Assembly: GCF_963921235.1 (NCBI RefSeq)
Contig: NC_086097.1
Location: forward strand, 177,260,001 to 177,324,000
Direction: 5' to 3'
DNA from: Mobula hypostoma
Taxonomy: Eukaryota
Length of the DNA stretch: 64,000 nt
Shown in pieces: positions 12,888-25,394 of the stretch (position 1 is its first letter; each line of letters begins with the position of its first letter). The notes under the pieces were generated by a model that made no database searches, had not been told where the DNA came from, and worked only from the letters and a program-made list of their open reading frames with translations. The translations under genes were made by a program, and so were the position numbers.

Positions 12888-13450
12888 ACAGTGTTTTTGT
12901 GCTATTTATTTAATTGAGTTTTCTTTATCTAGTTTTAGGACGTACATGAAGATCTAATCACGTTTTAGGTCATATTTATGGAGAAATAGATAAAATTCAA
13001 AAGGGTTCACAAACTTTCTAGCACCACTGTATGACACCATACATAGCCCTGAGATTCATTTTCTTGCAGGCATTCACAGGAAATACAAAAAACACAGTAG
13101 AATCAATGAAAAAACTACACACAAAAACAGACAGGCAACCAATGTACAAAAGACAACAAATTGTACAAATACAAAAAGAAAAACAAAATAATAAATAAAT
13201 AATATAGAGAACATGGGTTTTAGAGTCCTTGAAAGTGAGTCCATAGGTTGTGACCGGTACAATAAGATGGATTTTTGGCTTCACAATCTATCTCGTTATA
13301 ATCTTCCACCTCATTGTTTACCTGCACTGCACTCTTTCAGTAGCTGATGAGCTTTATTCTGCATTAAGTTATTGTTTTACCTTACACTACCTCAATGCAC
13401 TATATGATGAATTGATCTGTATGAACAGTATGCAAGAGAAGCTTTTCACT

Positions 13451-16383
13451 ATAGAGAGGCTTTGAGGAAAGAGAAACAGAATAAACGGTGTAAAGACAGT
13501 AAGGTAGAAGGGCTGAAATTTGTGTATCTCAATGCAAGAAGCATCAGGAACAAAGGTGATGAACTGAGAGCTTGGATACATACATGGAATTATGATGTAG
13601 TGGCCATTACAGAGACTTGGCTGGCACCAGGGCAGGAATGGATTCTCAATATTCCTGGATTTCAGTGCTTTAAAAGGGATAGAGAGGGCGGAAAAAGGGG
13701 AGGAGGGGTGGCATTACTGGTCAGGGATACTATTACAGCTACAGAAAGGGGGGGGTAATGTAGCAGGATCCTCTTTTGAGTCAATATGGGTGGAAGTCAG
13801 GAACAGGAAGGGAGCAGTTACTCTATTGGGGGTATTCTATAGGCCCCCTGGTAGCAGCAGAGATACAGAGGAACAGATTGGGAGGCAGATTTTGGAAAGG
13901 TGCAAAAATAACAGGGTTGTTATCATGGGTGACTTTAACTTCCCTAATATTGATTGGCACCTGATTAGTTCCAAGGGTTTAGATGGGGCAGAGTTTGTTA
14001 AGTGTGTCCACGATGGATTCCTGTCACAGTATGTGGACAGGCCGACCAGGGGGATTGCCATACTAGATCTAGTACTAGGTAATGAACTGGGTAAGGTCAC
14101 AGATCTCTCAGTGGGTGAGCATCTGGGGGACAGTGACCACCGCTCCCTGGCCTTTAGCATTATCATGGAAAAGGATAGAATCAGAGAGCACAGGAAAATT
14201 TTTAATTGGGGAAAGGCAAATTATGAGGCTATAAGGCTAGAATTTGCGGGTGTGAATTGGGATGATGTTTTTGCAGGGAAATGTACTATGGACATGTGGT
14301 CGATGTTCAGAGATCTCTTGCAGGATGTTAGGGATAAATTTGTCCCGGTGAGGAAGATAAAGAATGGTAGGGTGAAGGAACCATGGGTGACAAGTGAGGT
14401 GGAAAATCTAGTCAGGTGGAAGAAGGCAGCATACATGAGGTTTAGGAAGCAAGGATCAGATGGGTCTATTGAGGAATATAGAGAAGCAAGAAAGGAGCTT
14501 AAGAAGGGGCTGAGAAGAGCAAGAAGGGGGCATGAGAAGGCCTTGGCAAGTAGGATAAAGGAAAACCCCAAGGCATTCTTCAATTATGTGAAGAAAAAAG
14601 GATGACAGCAGTGAAGGTAGGACCGATTAGAGACGAAGGTGGGAAGATGTGCCTGGAGGCTGTAGAAGTGAGTGAGGTCCTCAATGAATACTTCTCTTTG
14701 GTATTCACCAATGAGAGGGAACTTGATGATGGTGAGGACAATATGAGTGAGGTTGATGTTCTGGAGCATGTTGATATTAAGGGAGAGGAGGTGTTGAGGT
14801 TGTTAAAATACATTAGGACAGATAAGTCCCCGGGGCCTGACGGAATATTCCCCAGGCTGCTCCACGAGGCGAGAGAAGAGATTGCTGAGCCTCTGGCTAG
14901 GACCTTTATGTCCTCGTTGTCCACGGGAATGGTACCGGAGGATTGGAGGGAGGCAAATGTTGTCCCCTTGTTCAAAAAAGGTAGTAGGGATAGTCCGGGT
15001 AATTATAGACCAGTGAGTCTTACGTCTGTGGTGGGAAAGCTGTTGGAAAAGATTCTTAGAGATAGGATCTATAGGCATTTAGAGAATCATGGTCTGATCA
15101 GGGACAGTCAGCATGGCTTTGTGATGGGCAGATCGTGTTTAACAAGCCTGATAGAGTTCTTTGAGGAAGTGACCAGGCATATAGATGAGGGTAGTGCAGT
15201 GGATGTGATCTATATGGATTTTAGTAAGGCATTTGACAAGGTTCCACACGGTAGACTTATTCAGAAAGTTAGAAGGCATGGGATCCAGGGAAGTTTGGCC
15301 AAGTGGATTCAGAATTGGCTTGCCTGCAGAAGGCAAAGAGTGGTGGTGGAGGGAGTACATTCAGATTGGAGGATTGTGACGAGTGGTGTCCCACAAGGAT
15401 CTGTTCTGGGACCTCTACTTTTCGTGATTTTTATTAACGACCTGGATGTGGGGGTAGAAGGGTGGGTTGGCGAGTTTGCAGACGACACAAAGGTAGTGGT
15501 GTTGTACATAGTGTAGAGGATCATCAAAGATTGCAGAGAGATATTGATAGGATGCAGAAGTGGGCTGAGAAGTGGCAGATGGAGTTCAACCCAGAGAAGT
15601 GTGAGGTGGTACACTTTGGAAGGACAAACTCCAAGGCAGAGTACAAAGTAAATGGCAGGATACTTGGTAGTGTGGAGGAGCAGAGGGATCTCGGGGTACA
15701 TGTCCACAGATTCCTGAAAGTTGCCTCACAGGTGGATAGGGTCGTTAAGAAAGCTTATGGAGTGTTAGCTTTCATAAGTCGAGGGATAGAGTTTAAGAGT
15801 CGCGATGTAATGATGCAGCTCTATAAAACTCTGGTTAGGACACACTTGGAGTACTGTGTCCAGTTCTGGTCACCTCACTATAGGAAGGATGTGGAAGCAT
15901 TGGAAAGGATACAGAGGAGATTTACCAGGATGCTGCCTGGTTTATAAAGTATGCATTATGATCAGAGATTAAGGGAGCTAGGGCTTTACTCTTTGGAGAG
16001 AAGGAGGATGAGAGGAGACATGATAGAGGTGTACAAGATAATAAGAGGAATAGATAGAGTGGATAGCCAGCGCCTCTTCCCCAGGGCACCACTGCTCAAT
16101 ACAAGAGGACATGGCTTTAAGGTAAGGGGTGGAAAGTTCAAGGGGGATATTAGAGGAAGGTTTTTTACTCAGAGAGTGTTTGGTGCGTGGAATGCACTGC
16201 CTGAGTCAGATGTGGAGGCAGGTACACTAGTGAAGTTTAAGAAACTACTAGACAGGTACATGGAGGAATTTAAGGTGGGGGCTTATATGGGAGGCAGGGT
16301 TCGAGGGTCGGCACAACATTGTGGGCCGAAGGGCCTGTACTGTGCTGTACTATTCTATGTTCTATGTTCTATGTTCTATGTTC
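13451..16383 (+). mobile_element. CR1 LINE with near-complete ORF2 (APE endonuclease and RT); ORF1 absent
   Basis: [62 protein letters not shown] across ORFs 13462-16394. Three frameshifts and one stop; (TTCTATG)n tail. Confidence 0.97.
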
Positions 16384-16468
16384 AATACATGTGACAATAA
16401 TAAGCCAATTCCAATTCATTCAGTCCCATTGACCCCCAGCAGAACATTCCCACCAATTATATTCCTCT

Positions 16469-17120
16469 AACAAGAGGAAATCTGCAGATGCTGGAAATTC
16501 AAGCAACACACACAAAAATTGCTGGTGGACGCAGCAGACCAGGCAGCATCTATAGGAAGAGGTACAGTCAACGTTTCGGACCGAGACCCTTCGTCAGGAC
16601 TAGCTGAAAGAAGAGATAGTAAGAGATTTGAAGGTGGGAGGGGGAGGGGGAGATCCGAAATGATAGGAGAAGACAGGAGGGGGAGGGATGGAGCCAAGAG
16701 CTGGACAGGTGATTGGCAAAAGGGATACAAGTCTGGAGAAGGGAGAGGATCATGGGACGGGAGGCTTAGGGAGAAAGAAAGGGGGAGGGAGGCCCAGAGG
16801 ATGGGCAAGGAGTTATTGTGAGAGGAACAGAAGGAGAAAAAAGAGATGGAGAAAAAAAGGGGAAAGAAAAAAAAGGGGGGAATAAATAAATAAATAGATA
16901 GATAGATAGATAATAAATGATGGGGTACAAAGGGGAGGTGGGGCATTAACGGAAGTTAGAGAAGTCAATGTTCATGCCATCAGGTTGGAGGCTACCCAGA
17001 CGGAATATAAGGTGTTGTTCCTCCAACCTGAGTGTGGCTTCATCTTTACAGTAGATGAGGCCGTGGATAGACATACCAGAATGGGAATGGGATGTGGAAT
17101 TAAAATGTGTGGCCACTGGG
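16469..17120 (-). mobile_element. Penelope-like element 3' part / pseudo-LTR
   Basis: Closely similar to 37653-38270; includes the GIY-YIG C-terminus (HFNSTSHSHS..QPDGMNIDF). Near-TSD ATATTCCTCT / ATTTTCCTCT. Confidence 0.88.
16566..16601 (-). ncRNA. Minimal type I hammerhead ribozyme motif
   Basis: Minus strand reads AGTC-CTGACGA-A-GGGTCTCGGTCC-GAAA-CGTT-GACT: stem I, intact core, stem II, palindromic stem III, GUU triplet. Confidence 0.7.
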
Positions 17121-17264
17121 ATTTTCCTCTTCCCATCTTTCCCTAAAGCTCAACAATTGTTCCCTGCCTTACCTTAATACAATATGGAATTAAGCCATTT
17201 GGCCCAATGAGCAAGTCAATATCATTACCCCAATCCTTTAATCAGCCCTCGGTCCCCTGCAGTT

Positions 17265-19262
17265 GACAGTGCTGTCATTTACCTGGTGAGGCTAATGAAT
17301 AAGCAGGACAGCACTGTGAGGATCATGTTTTTTGATCTCCATGCCTTCCATACCACACAGTCCTCATTGCTGGGGGAAAAGCTCCATTCAATGCAGGTTG
17401 GTACTTTCATTGTATTCTGAATAATGGACTACCTGACTGGCAGACCACAGTTTGTGCAACTTCAGAGCTGTGTGTTAGACATGGCTACATGCAGCACTGG
17501 GGCCCCACAGAGGACTGTATTGACTCCCTTCCTGTTTATTCTGCATACTTCGGACTTTAGATACAACACTGAGTCATATCATCTGCGGAAATTCTCTGAT
17601 GACTGAGCAATAATTGGGTGTGTAAAGGGAGGATGAATACAGGGCCCTGGTGGAGGACTTTATCAAAAGGTGCAAGCTGAATCATCTGCAGCTCAACATC
17701 AGTAAGACAAAGGAGATGGTGATGGACTTTAGGAAGACTAAGCCTGCATTGCTCCCTGTTACTACTAACGGTGAGGACGTGGATGTGGTGAGGACCTACA
17801 AGTACCTGCAAGGGAACCTGGATGACAGACTTGAGTGGAATACCAACACAGAGGCTGTGTACAAAAAGGGCCAGAGTGGCCTCTACTTCCTGAGGAGACT
17901 GAGGTCCTTTGGAGTATGGAGGCCACTCCTTCACATGTTCTACCTGTCTGTTGTCACCAGTACAATCTTCTATGTGGTGGTGTGCTGGGGCAATGGCATC
18001 AACACAGGCGATGCCAACAGGCTCAATAAACTGATTAGAAAGGCTGGCTCTGTTATATGAGTCAAACTGGACACACTGGAGTCTGTGGTAGAACAAAGAA
18101 CCCTACAGAAAAATCATAGCAGTTCTGGACAATACATCTCACCCTCTGCATGGTGGAGCGGTGTTGCAGCAACAACCTGGCACTCAACGTCAGTAAGACA
18201 AAAGCTGATTGTGGACTTCAGGAAAGATAAGACGAAGGAACACATACCAATCCTCATAGAGGGATCAGTAGTGGAGAGAGTGAACAGTTTCAAGTTCCTG
18301 GGTGCCAAGATCTCTGAGGACCTAACCTGGTCCCAACATATCGACGCAGTTGAAAAGAAGGCAAGACAGTAACTGTCTTTCATTAGTTGTTTGAAGAGAT
18401 TTGGTATGTCAACAAATACAGTACACTCAAAAACTTCTATAGATATACCGTGGAGAGCATTCTGACAGGCTGCATCACTGTCTGGTAATAGGGGAGGGTA
18501 CTGCATAGGACCGAAAGAAGCTGCAGTGGGTTGTAAATTTAGTTGGCTCCAATTTGGGTACTAGCCTACAAAGTACCCAGGATATCTTCAAGGAGCGGTA
18601 TCTCAGAAAGGCAGCGTCCATTATTAAGGACCTCCAGCACCTTTTCTGACTGTTAACCATCAGGTAGGAGGTACAGAAGCCTGAAGGCACAGACTTAGCA
18701 ATTCAGGAACAGCTTCTTCCCCTCTGCCATCCGACTCCTAAATGGACATTGAACCCTTGAACACTACCTCACATTTTTAATATATATTACTTTTGTTTTT
18801 AGCATGATTTTTAATCTATTCAATGTACGTATACTATAATTGATTTTACTTATTTATTTAATATTATTATTTTTTCTTCTATATTATGTATTGCATTGAA
18901 CTGCTGCTAAGTTAACAAATTTCACAATAGATGCCGGTGATAATAAAACTGATTCTGATTTTGATTCTGACGCCTCCTTGGCTGAACAGAGGAACACTTT
19001 CAGAAATAGACTAAGACAACTGTGCTGATCCAAAGAGTGCTATATGAGGTCGTTCTTACCCTGAGCCATTAGATTCTATAATGAGTCAACCTGTAGCCGG
19101 GGAAGTGATGACCCCCTCCCGTTAGACTGCTTGAGGTAACTCATTTTTTATTCTTTCTTACTTCTCTTCTAATATTTGTATATTTGTATAACTGTGCAAT
19201 TGTAATGCTACTGTGACACAGTAATTTCCTTTGGAATCAATGAAGTATTTATCTACCTGTCT
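17265..19262 (+). mobile_element. Rex1 LINE RT fragment with a second Rex-type copy nested at about 18150-18970
   Basis: STGAPQRTVLTPFLF..KFSDD; LNISKTKEMVMDFRK; nested copy has IVDFRK..FKFLG and a (GATTCT)n tail. Confidence 0.85.
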
Positions 19263-19302
19263 TAATTTCCTGTGCCCTATTCTTCCTGAAGAGTAGAGTC
19301 CA

Positions 19303-19612
19303 ATGGTAGCGTAGTGATTAGCACGACACTACTACAGCCTGGGGCGTTCCGGAGTTCGGAGATCAATTCCAGTTCCGTTCTGTAAGAAGTCTCAGTACGT
19401 CCACCCCATGGAATGCATGGGTCTTCTCCAGGTCCCTTGGTTTCCTCCCATGGTCTAAAGACGTACCAGGTAGGTTAATTGGTCATTGTAAATTGTCCTG
19501 TGATCAGGTTAGGGCTAATTCAATTTTTCGGGTGGTGCTAGAGTGGCATTGCTCAAAGGGCTGGAAGGGTCTACTTCATGCTGTGTCGATAAATTCATTC
19601 ATTCATTCATTA
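19303..19612 (+). mobile_element. tRNA-derived V-SINE (HE1-like)
   Basis: A-box-like TAGCGTAGTGATT, B-box-like GATCAATTCC, GGTTTCCTCCCA central domain, (CATT)n tail. Related copies at 48880-49262. Confidence 0.75.
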
Positions 19613-19956
19613 TTGTGTGTGGCTTTGACCTGCTGGAGGAAAAGATGTCGTTAAGATGGAAGATCTACAAGAATGTTGCCTGGACTCAGGAGCCTGAAAT
19701 GGACAGTCAGCATTTCATGGACAGACTCTTCTTATGGATCTAATAACCGAGATAAAAATCAAAATTTGTAGAAAATCCAGAAATGTCAACTGTCCATTTT
19801 CCTCCAGGGTGCTGCCCGACCTTTTGAGTTCTTCCAGCATTTTGTGTGTTGCTCCAGATTCCAAAATCTTCTGGCTCTAGCGTCACCTCGAAGGCCTGAG
19901 TCCTGAGGAGAAGTTAGGAAGGCTTGGAATTTATTCTTTGGAACATAGGAGACTGA

Positions 19957-20937
19957 GGCTACGTTTTTAGAACTCCAGTTTCGAGTAAAAACGACAGGCG
20001 TCCACACTAAGCGTTCCTCAAAATATCTCTGTCCACATCAGACGGATATTTGGGCAAATCTCCTCCTACTGGGCATGGGCAGGACACACAGAAAACAAAC
20101 GAAGAGGAAACAATATAAATGGTGCGTGTTTGTCCAGTTACAGAGTAGAAAAAGTTAAAAGGAATTGCTCTTGGCTCTTACGCAGGAGGACTTAAAACTA
20201 AAAAAAAACAAATACTGTAGCGTATGGAGGCAACCGACAGGGAGTTCACGGACAGTATGACCCGGCTGACGACGAACATTGAAAAACTGACTAACTCTGT
20301 TGCATTAATAAAGTACCTTGTTAAGTGCATAAAAACATGTCTGCATCAGTGTTATCTTGTATCTCCATACAATGTTACATTAGGCTGTTACACATCTATT
20401 GTCAGAGAAGTACTTGCATAATTAGGTAAAACTGGAGGTAGCGGAGGGTGTTTTCTGTCCTTACCTTCATACAAGCAAGGACAGAAAACAGGGCGAAGTG
20501 AGTATACTTATTTATTCAGTAAGCTATGGGTCAAAGTATTTGGTGAGTACATTTCTAACTCTTCTGGCTTCAGTCTCGTCGCCGTCTGTTCTGAAATTGT
20601 TAGGTTCTGCGAAGCGCAGAATCAAATATCGCTGTGATGATTGTACGCTCTCGTATCAATTGCTTGGCGACATAAAGTAATAATAATAAGAAGAAAACAA
20701 TGAAATGCCGGGTTGTCGCCATCTGTTCCAGCACGTCATGACAGCGGTTTTAAAAAGCTCTGGTTACCCCGTACACACTGCAATGAATATTAGGCGTTTT
20801 CAGATTTATTCACTCTGGAAACCGTTTCTGAAAATCTCCATTTTCAGGGGCTGAAAACGCCGTTTCAGTGTGAACAGGTCAAAACGAAGAGAAAAAGCTT
20901 TGTTTTCAAAATTATCCAGCATAGTGTGGACATAGCC
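19957..20937. mobile_element. Non-autonomous PIF/Harbinger-type DNA transposon inserted in a CR1 fragment (about 19890-21300)
   Basis: Termini GGCTACGT.. and ..AGTGTGGACATAGCC; 3-bp TSD TGA (19954-19956, 20938-20940); subterminal GTCCACAC repeats; host CR1 resumes after the insert. Confidence 0.8.
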
Positions 20938-21552
20938 TGAGATGTATATAAGACCATGAGAGGCATAGCAGGGTAAATGCAGTCAGGGTTTTTTTTTCCC
21001 CCAAGGAAAGGGGAATCTAAACTAGAAGGCACAGGTTTAGGGTGAGATTTTAAAAAAACCTGACGGGCAACTTCTTCATACAGAGGGTGGCCAGTATATG
21101 GAACAAGCTTCCAGAGGAAGTGGTTGAGGCAGATGCAATAAAATGTAAAAGACTTTTGGACAGGGACATGGTTAGGAAAGGTTTAGAGAGATTTGGGCCA
21201 AACACAGGCAAATGGAACGAGCTTAGATGGGCATCTTGAACAGCTTGGATGAGCGAGGCTGAAAGGCTTGTTTCCCTGCTGTATGACTCTGTGACTATGA
21301 CTCACATACTCTTCAACTGCCCCCTCCACCCTGATTGTCCTGCCACCCTCCCACATAAGGGTAGCATGCAGCACCCAATCAACCATCCAGATGCCGTGCT
21401 TCAATCAATTCCCCTCCACTGACCCAGTGACTTCCTCCAGCAGTCTGCATGTTGCTCCCGATTCTAGCATCTACAGACTCTTGGTTAACCAAGCTCAACA
21501 TTAGACAGGTCCATCTATTTCCCTTCGATTCTTTTGGCACCTTAACTGTGCA

Positions 21553-22255
21553 GGAGGAAGAGGAGAAGATGGCGGCGCGATGCAGAGCACGCAGCCACTT
21601 CGGTGGTGATGTCTGTTATTTGTCAACTAGGGGACCGTGCACAATTTTGACTTGATGGAGACAGATGTGAGAGTACAGAGGAACATCTGGAGAAACTTCT
21701 GAAATGCCCGCTTCGCTGCTGCTGTTACTGTGTGGTCCGGAATCTCCGGAGGAGAAGGCCCCGAATCCTCGGCTTTGCTTGTTTCGGCGGCCGGGCGAGG
21801 TCGAAGGCACTCGGCAGAGGATGGCGCTCGGAAGGCTGTATCGGAGGGGCTGGTCGGAGGCTCGAAGTTTTCGGACAAACGGACTCAGTGTCGGCTGTGG
21901 TCGGGTGTTTCCAATGCATCGGCAGTTGTCGGTGCCTGGAGGTTTATGGCAGGGAGTTTCTCCCTTTCTCGCCTGCTGTTGGCAACTCAGGAGTCGATTG
22001 ACTCTGGACTTTGAGACTTTTTATTACCGTGCCCATGGTCTGTTGTTCTTTATCAAATTATGGTATTGTTTTGCATTGCTGTAACAATATGTTATAATTA
22101 TGTGGTTCTGTTAGTGTTAGTCTTTGGTTTGTCCTGTTTTTCTGTGATTTCAGAGTTTTTCTCACTCTGGAGAAACATTGTATCATTTCTCAATGCATGC
22201 ATGCATTTCTAAATGACAATCAAGGAGGACTGAGCGTTCTCATAATCTAATCTCA
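21553..22255 (+). mobile_element. About 700-bp non-coding, non-autonomous retroposon, copy 1
   Basis: Starts GAGGAGAAGATGGCGGC; CpG-rich body; AT-rich 3' part with (AATCT)n tail. Homologous to 57216-57840. Confidence 0.7.
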
Positions 22256-22431
22256 ATTTAGAACACAGAACAATACAGTACAGTGCATGTCCTTCAGCCC
22301 ACAATTTTGTGCAACCTTCCAACCTACTCCAAGATCAAATTAACCCTTCCCTCTCATATAACCCTCCATTTTTTTCTCCCATGTATCCACGTCTACCATC
22401 AACCCGGCAGCAGTTCCGTGCACCCACCACA

Positions 22432-22978
22432 CTCTCTATTTCCTGAGGAGACTGAAGTCCTTTAACATCTGCCGGACGATGCTGAGGATGTTCTATGAGT
22501 CTGTGGTGGCCAGTGTGATCATGTTTGCTGTTGTGTGCTGGGGCAGCAGGCTGAGGGTAGCAGACACCAACAGAATCAACAAACTCATTCGTAAGGCCAG
22601 TGATGTTGTGGGGATGGAACTGAACTCTTTCACTGTGGTGTCTGAAAAGAGGATGCTGTCTAAATTGCATGCCGTCTTGGACAATGTCTCCCATCCACTA
22701 CATAATGTACTGGATGGGCACAGAAGTACATTCAGCCAGAGACTCATTCCACCGAGATGCAGCACTGAGCGTCATAGGAAGTCATTCCTGCCTGTGGCCA
22801 TCAAACTTTACAACTCCTTCCTTGGAGGGTCAGACACCCTGAGTCGATAGGCTGGTCCTGGACTTCTTTCATAATTTACTGGCATAATTTACATATTACT
22901 ATTTAACTATTTATGGTTCTATTACTATTTATTATTTATGTTTCCCCCGGGATCAATAAAGTGTGACTATGACTATGT
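22432..22978 (+). mobile_element. Rex1 LINE 3' fragment, same family as 8533-9102
   Basis: MFYESVVASVIMFAVVCWGSRLRVADTNRINKLIRKAS; (GACTAT)n tail. Confidence 0.88.
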
Positions 22979-23229
22979 AAACAAAATACCTCTGATATTC
23001 CCCTATACTTTCCTCAAATTACCTTAAAATTATACCCCCTTGTATTTTTCATTTCTGCCATGGGGAAAAAGGCACTAGCTGCCCACTCTTTCAGTGTCTC
23101 TATTCATCTTATATACCTCTTATATATTCATCTTATATATCAAGTCACCTCTCATTCTCCTTCACTCTAAAGAGAAACGCCCTCACCAGCTCAACCTATC
23201 CTCATAAGACAAAGCACTTAAAACACCGG

Positions 23230-24605
23230 ATAATTAAAATATTGAGGTCTCCATTCTTTTTAATTTTGAAGGTGGGCTTTATTTAATCAGAGTTTTCTGT
23301 TCTTCCATATATAGGTTATATTATTGGGCAAATAACATACGAAATCTCATGTCCTGGTTATATTATATCAATTGTGAGGATTGTCCAATATGGGTCTTTT
23401 TGGAAGCCAACTCTGTTACGAAATTTTCTATTATTTCTCTTCTCAGATCCTCTCTTTCTTTATCTTTAAATAAATTAACTGACAGTTTGGTGGTTAAGCA
23501 CACTTTGAGGATCTGGCTACAATTTAGAAAACATTTGTTTATTGATATTTTCTTTTTCTAGTCCTGTTTTTTCTAATTTTTTTTTAAAACCATCTACGAC
23601 CGATCTGTTTTTTAGAGAATTGGATAGATTAGGCATGAAATGATTTCAGGATCTGTTTGTTGGAGGGGCCTTTCTTCTCTTGAGCAGCTCTCAGTGAAAT
23701 AACTTATCAAATACCCACTTTTTTCAGTATCTGCAGATTAGAGATTTTTTAAGATCTAGACTACATATATTTCCTACCAGGCCAGAAAAGAACATAATAG
23801 ATGTAATTTTTAATTTGAAACCGTTTGATAATGGCTTAATATCTTATATTTATGGTCTGTTGTTGGGACTGAGAATGGCTCCTTTAGACAAAATTTAAAA
23901 AGATTGGGAAAAGGATTTACAGATTTCATTATCTGATGAGACCTGGAGGGCTATTTTCAAAATGGTTAATTCTTCATCATTATGTGCTCGTCATTTCCTC
24001 CTACAAGTTAAAGTGTTACATAGGACTCATATGTCTAAAGACAAGCTCTCTTGTTTTATTGCAGATATATCTCCTTATTGTGACAGGTGTAATAATGGAG
24101 AAACTTCATTAATTCATATGTTTTGGTCATGTTCGAGCCTTGAAAAATATTGGAAAAATGTATTCCAAACTTTTTCTGTACTTTTTAAAGTTAATTTTAA
24201 GCCCAATCCTTTGACGGCCTTATTTGGTATTGTTGAGGAAAGAGCTTTAATTTTGGAGCCTTCTCATTTGTGGGTACTGGCTTTTATTTCCCTTATGGCT
24301 AGGAGGGCGATCTTGCTTAAATGGAAGGAGGTTGCTCCCCCCCCCACACATGCTCAATGGTTATGCGATGTTATGTCATGTTTAAATTTAGAGAAGATTC
24401 GTTGTTCGATTTCTGATTCTAATCAAGATTTTCAAATGTTATGGGGACCCTTTCTGAACTATTTTGAAAATCTTTGAATTGTTATTGTTAATAAAATATA
24501 GATCTAGGCTATTATTATAAAACACTATATGGTAAAGTACTCTCTTTTTGTTTTTTTTACCAACCAGCTTTGTCTTGGTAGTGGGTGTAGATTTAGAAAA
24601 AAAAA
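23230..24605 (+). mobile_element. L1-clade LINE ORF2 C-terminal fragment
   Basis: QVKVLHRTHMSKDKL..CDRCNNGETSLIHMFWSC cysteine-rich domain; LNLEKIR..WGPFL; A-run at about 24597-24605. Confidence 0.85.
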
Positions 24606-24780
24606 TGCTGTATCGGCCCTCGTGCCCTTCCCTTGGACAACATCAGTGGTGTGGAGAGGAGAGACTTGCAGCATGGGCAGCTGCCAGTCTTCCATACAAC
24701 CTTGCCCAGGCCTGTGCCCTGGAAACCTTCCAAGGCGCAAATCCATGGTCTCATGAGACTAACGGATGCCCATATATTAT
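24606..24780 (+). mobile_element. Short GC-rich retroposon with an RTE-type 3' end
   Basis: Ends GGCGCAAATCCATGGTCTCATGAGACTAACGGATGCC plus TATTATT, resembling RTE 3' termini from memory; sharp GC contrast with its flanks. Confidence 0.5.
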
Positions 24781-25394
24781 TCAGCAAAATGAGTCACTCT
24801 TGGAGGAAGAGGCCTGTTGACTCAATATTGCATGACATATTATGTGATAAAGATCAAAGGTAATAGCAGGACAATTCTATATTTACAATGCTTCCTTCTT
24901 CCTTTGAATTACACCTCCTTCTTCACACCCATGCTCCAGACACCTAAAATGAATGTTAATCAGCATTGTCTGGTTTTCAATCAACTGTTGTCCACAGCTC
25001 CAGGAAACTATTGCGCAGGTCTGTATTTTAAATTCAATCGACTACCCACATTCATGTCTGAAGATATGCTAATGGTAAAATTAATATCAGTATCAGAATC
25101 ATGTTTAATATCACTGGCATATGTCATGAAATTTGTAGCACCAGTATGATGCAATACATGATAAACAAATAGAGAGGAAAACTGAATTACAGTAAGTATA
25201 TATATGTTTGTTAAATAGTTAAAATAAGTTGCGCAAACAAAAAACAAAATTAAGAAGTAGTGAGGTAGTGTTCATGGATTCAATGTCCATTTAGGAATCG
25301 GATGGCAGAGGGGAAGAAACTGTTCCTGATTCATTGAGTGGGTGCCTCCTTTCTGATGGTAACAATGAGAAGAGGGCATGTCCTGGGTGGCGGG

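Larger units (their letters stand above)
10235..13029 (+). mobile_element. Tc1 DNA transposon (DD34E, long IR/DR-type TIRs), interrupted by CR1
   Basis: TA flanks (10233-10234, 13030-13031). Left TIR about 210 bp at 10235-10446; right TIR split into 11615-11690 and 12888-13029. Outer AAGTTTGTGAACC and inner AAGTATGTGAACC direct repeats. Confidence 0.95.

Noticed and set aside
13837..15707. Long antisense ORFs over CR1 (also over RTE and HERO)
   Set aside because: Shadow ORFs of the sense retroelement frames.
19303..19380. tRNA gene
   Set aside because: The A/B boxes belong to a SINE head; there is no complete cloverleaf and it continues into the SINE body.
21627..22084. Cluster of overlapping ORFs / CpG island of a host promoter
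   Set aside because: GC-rich repeat with a second copy at 57216-57840 in which the frames are not conserved.
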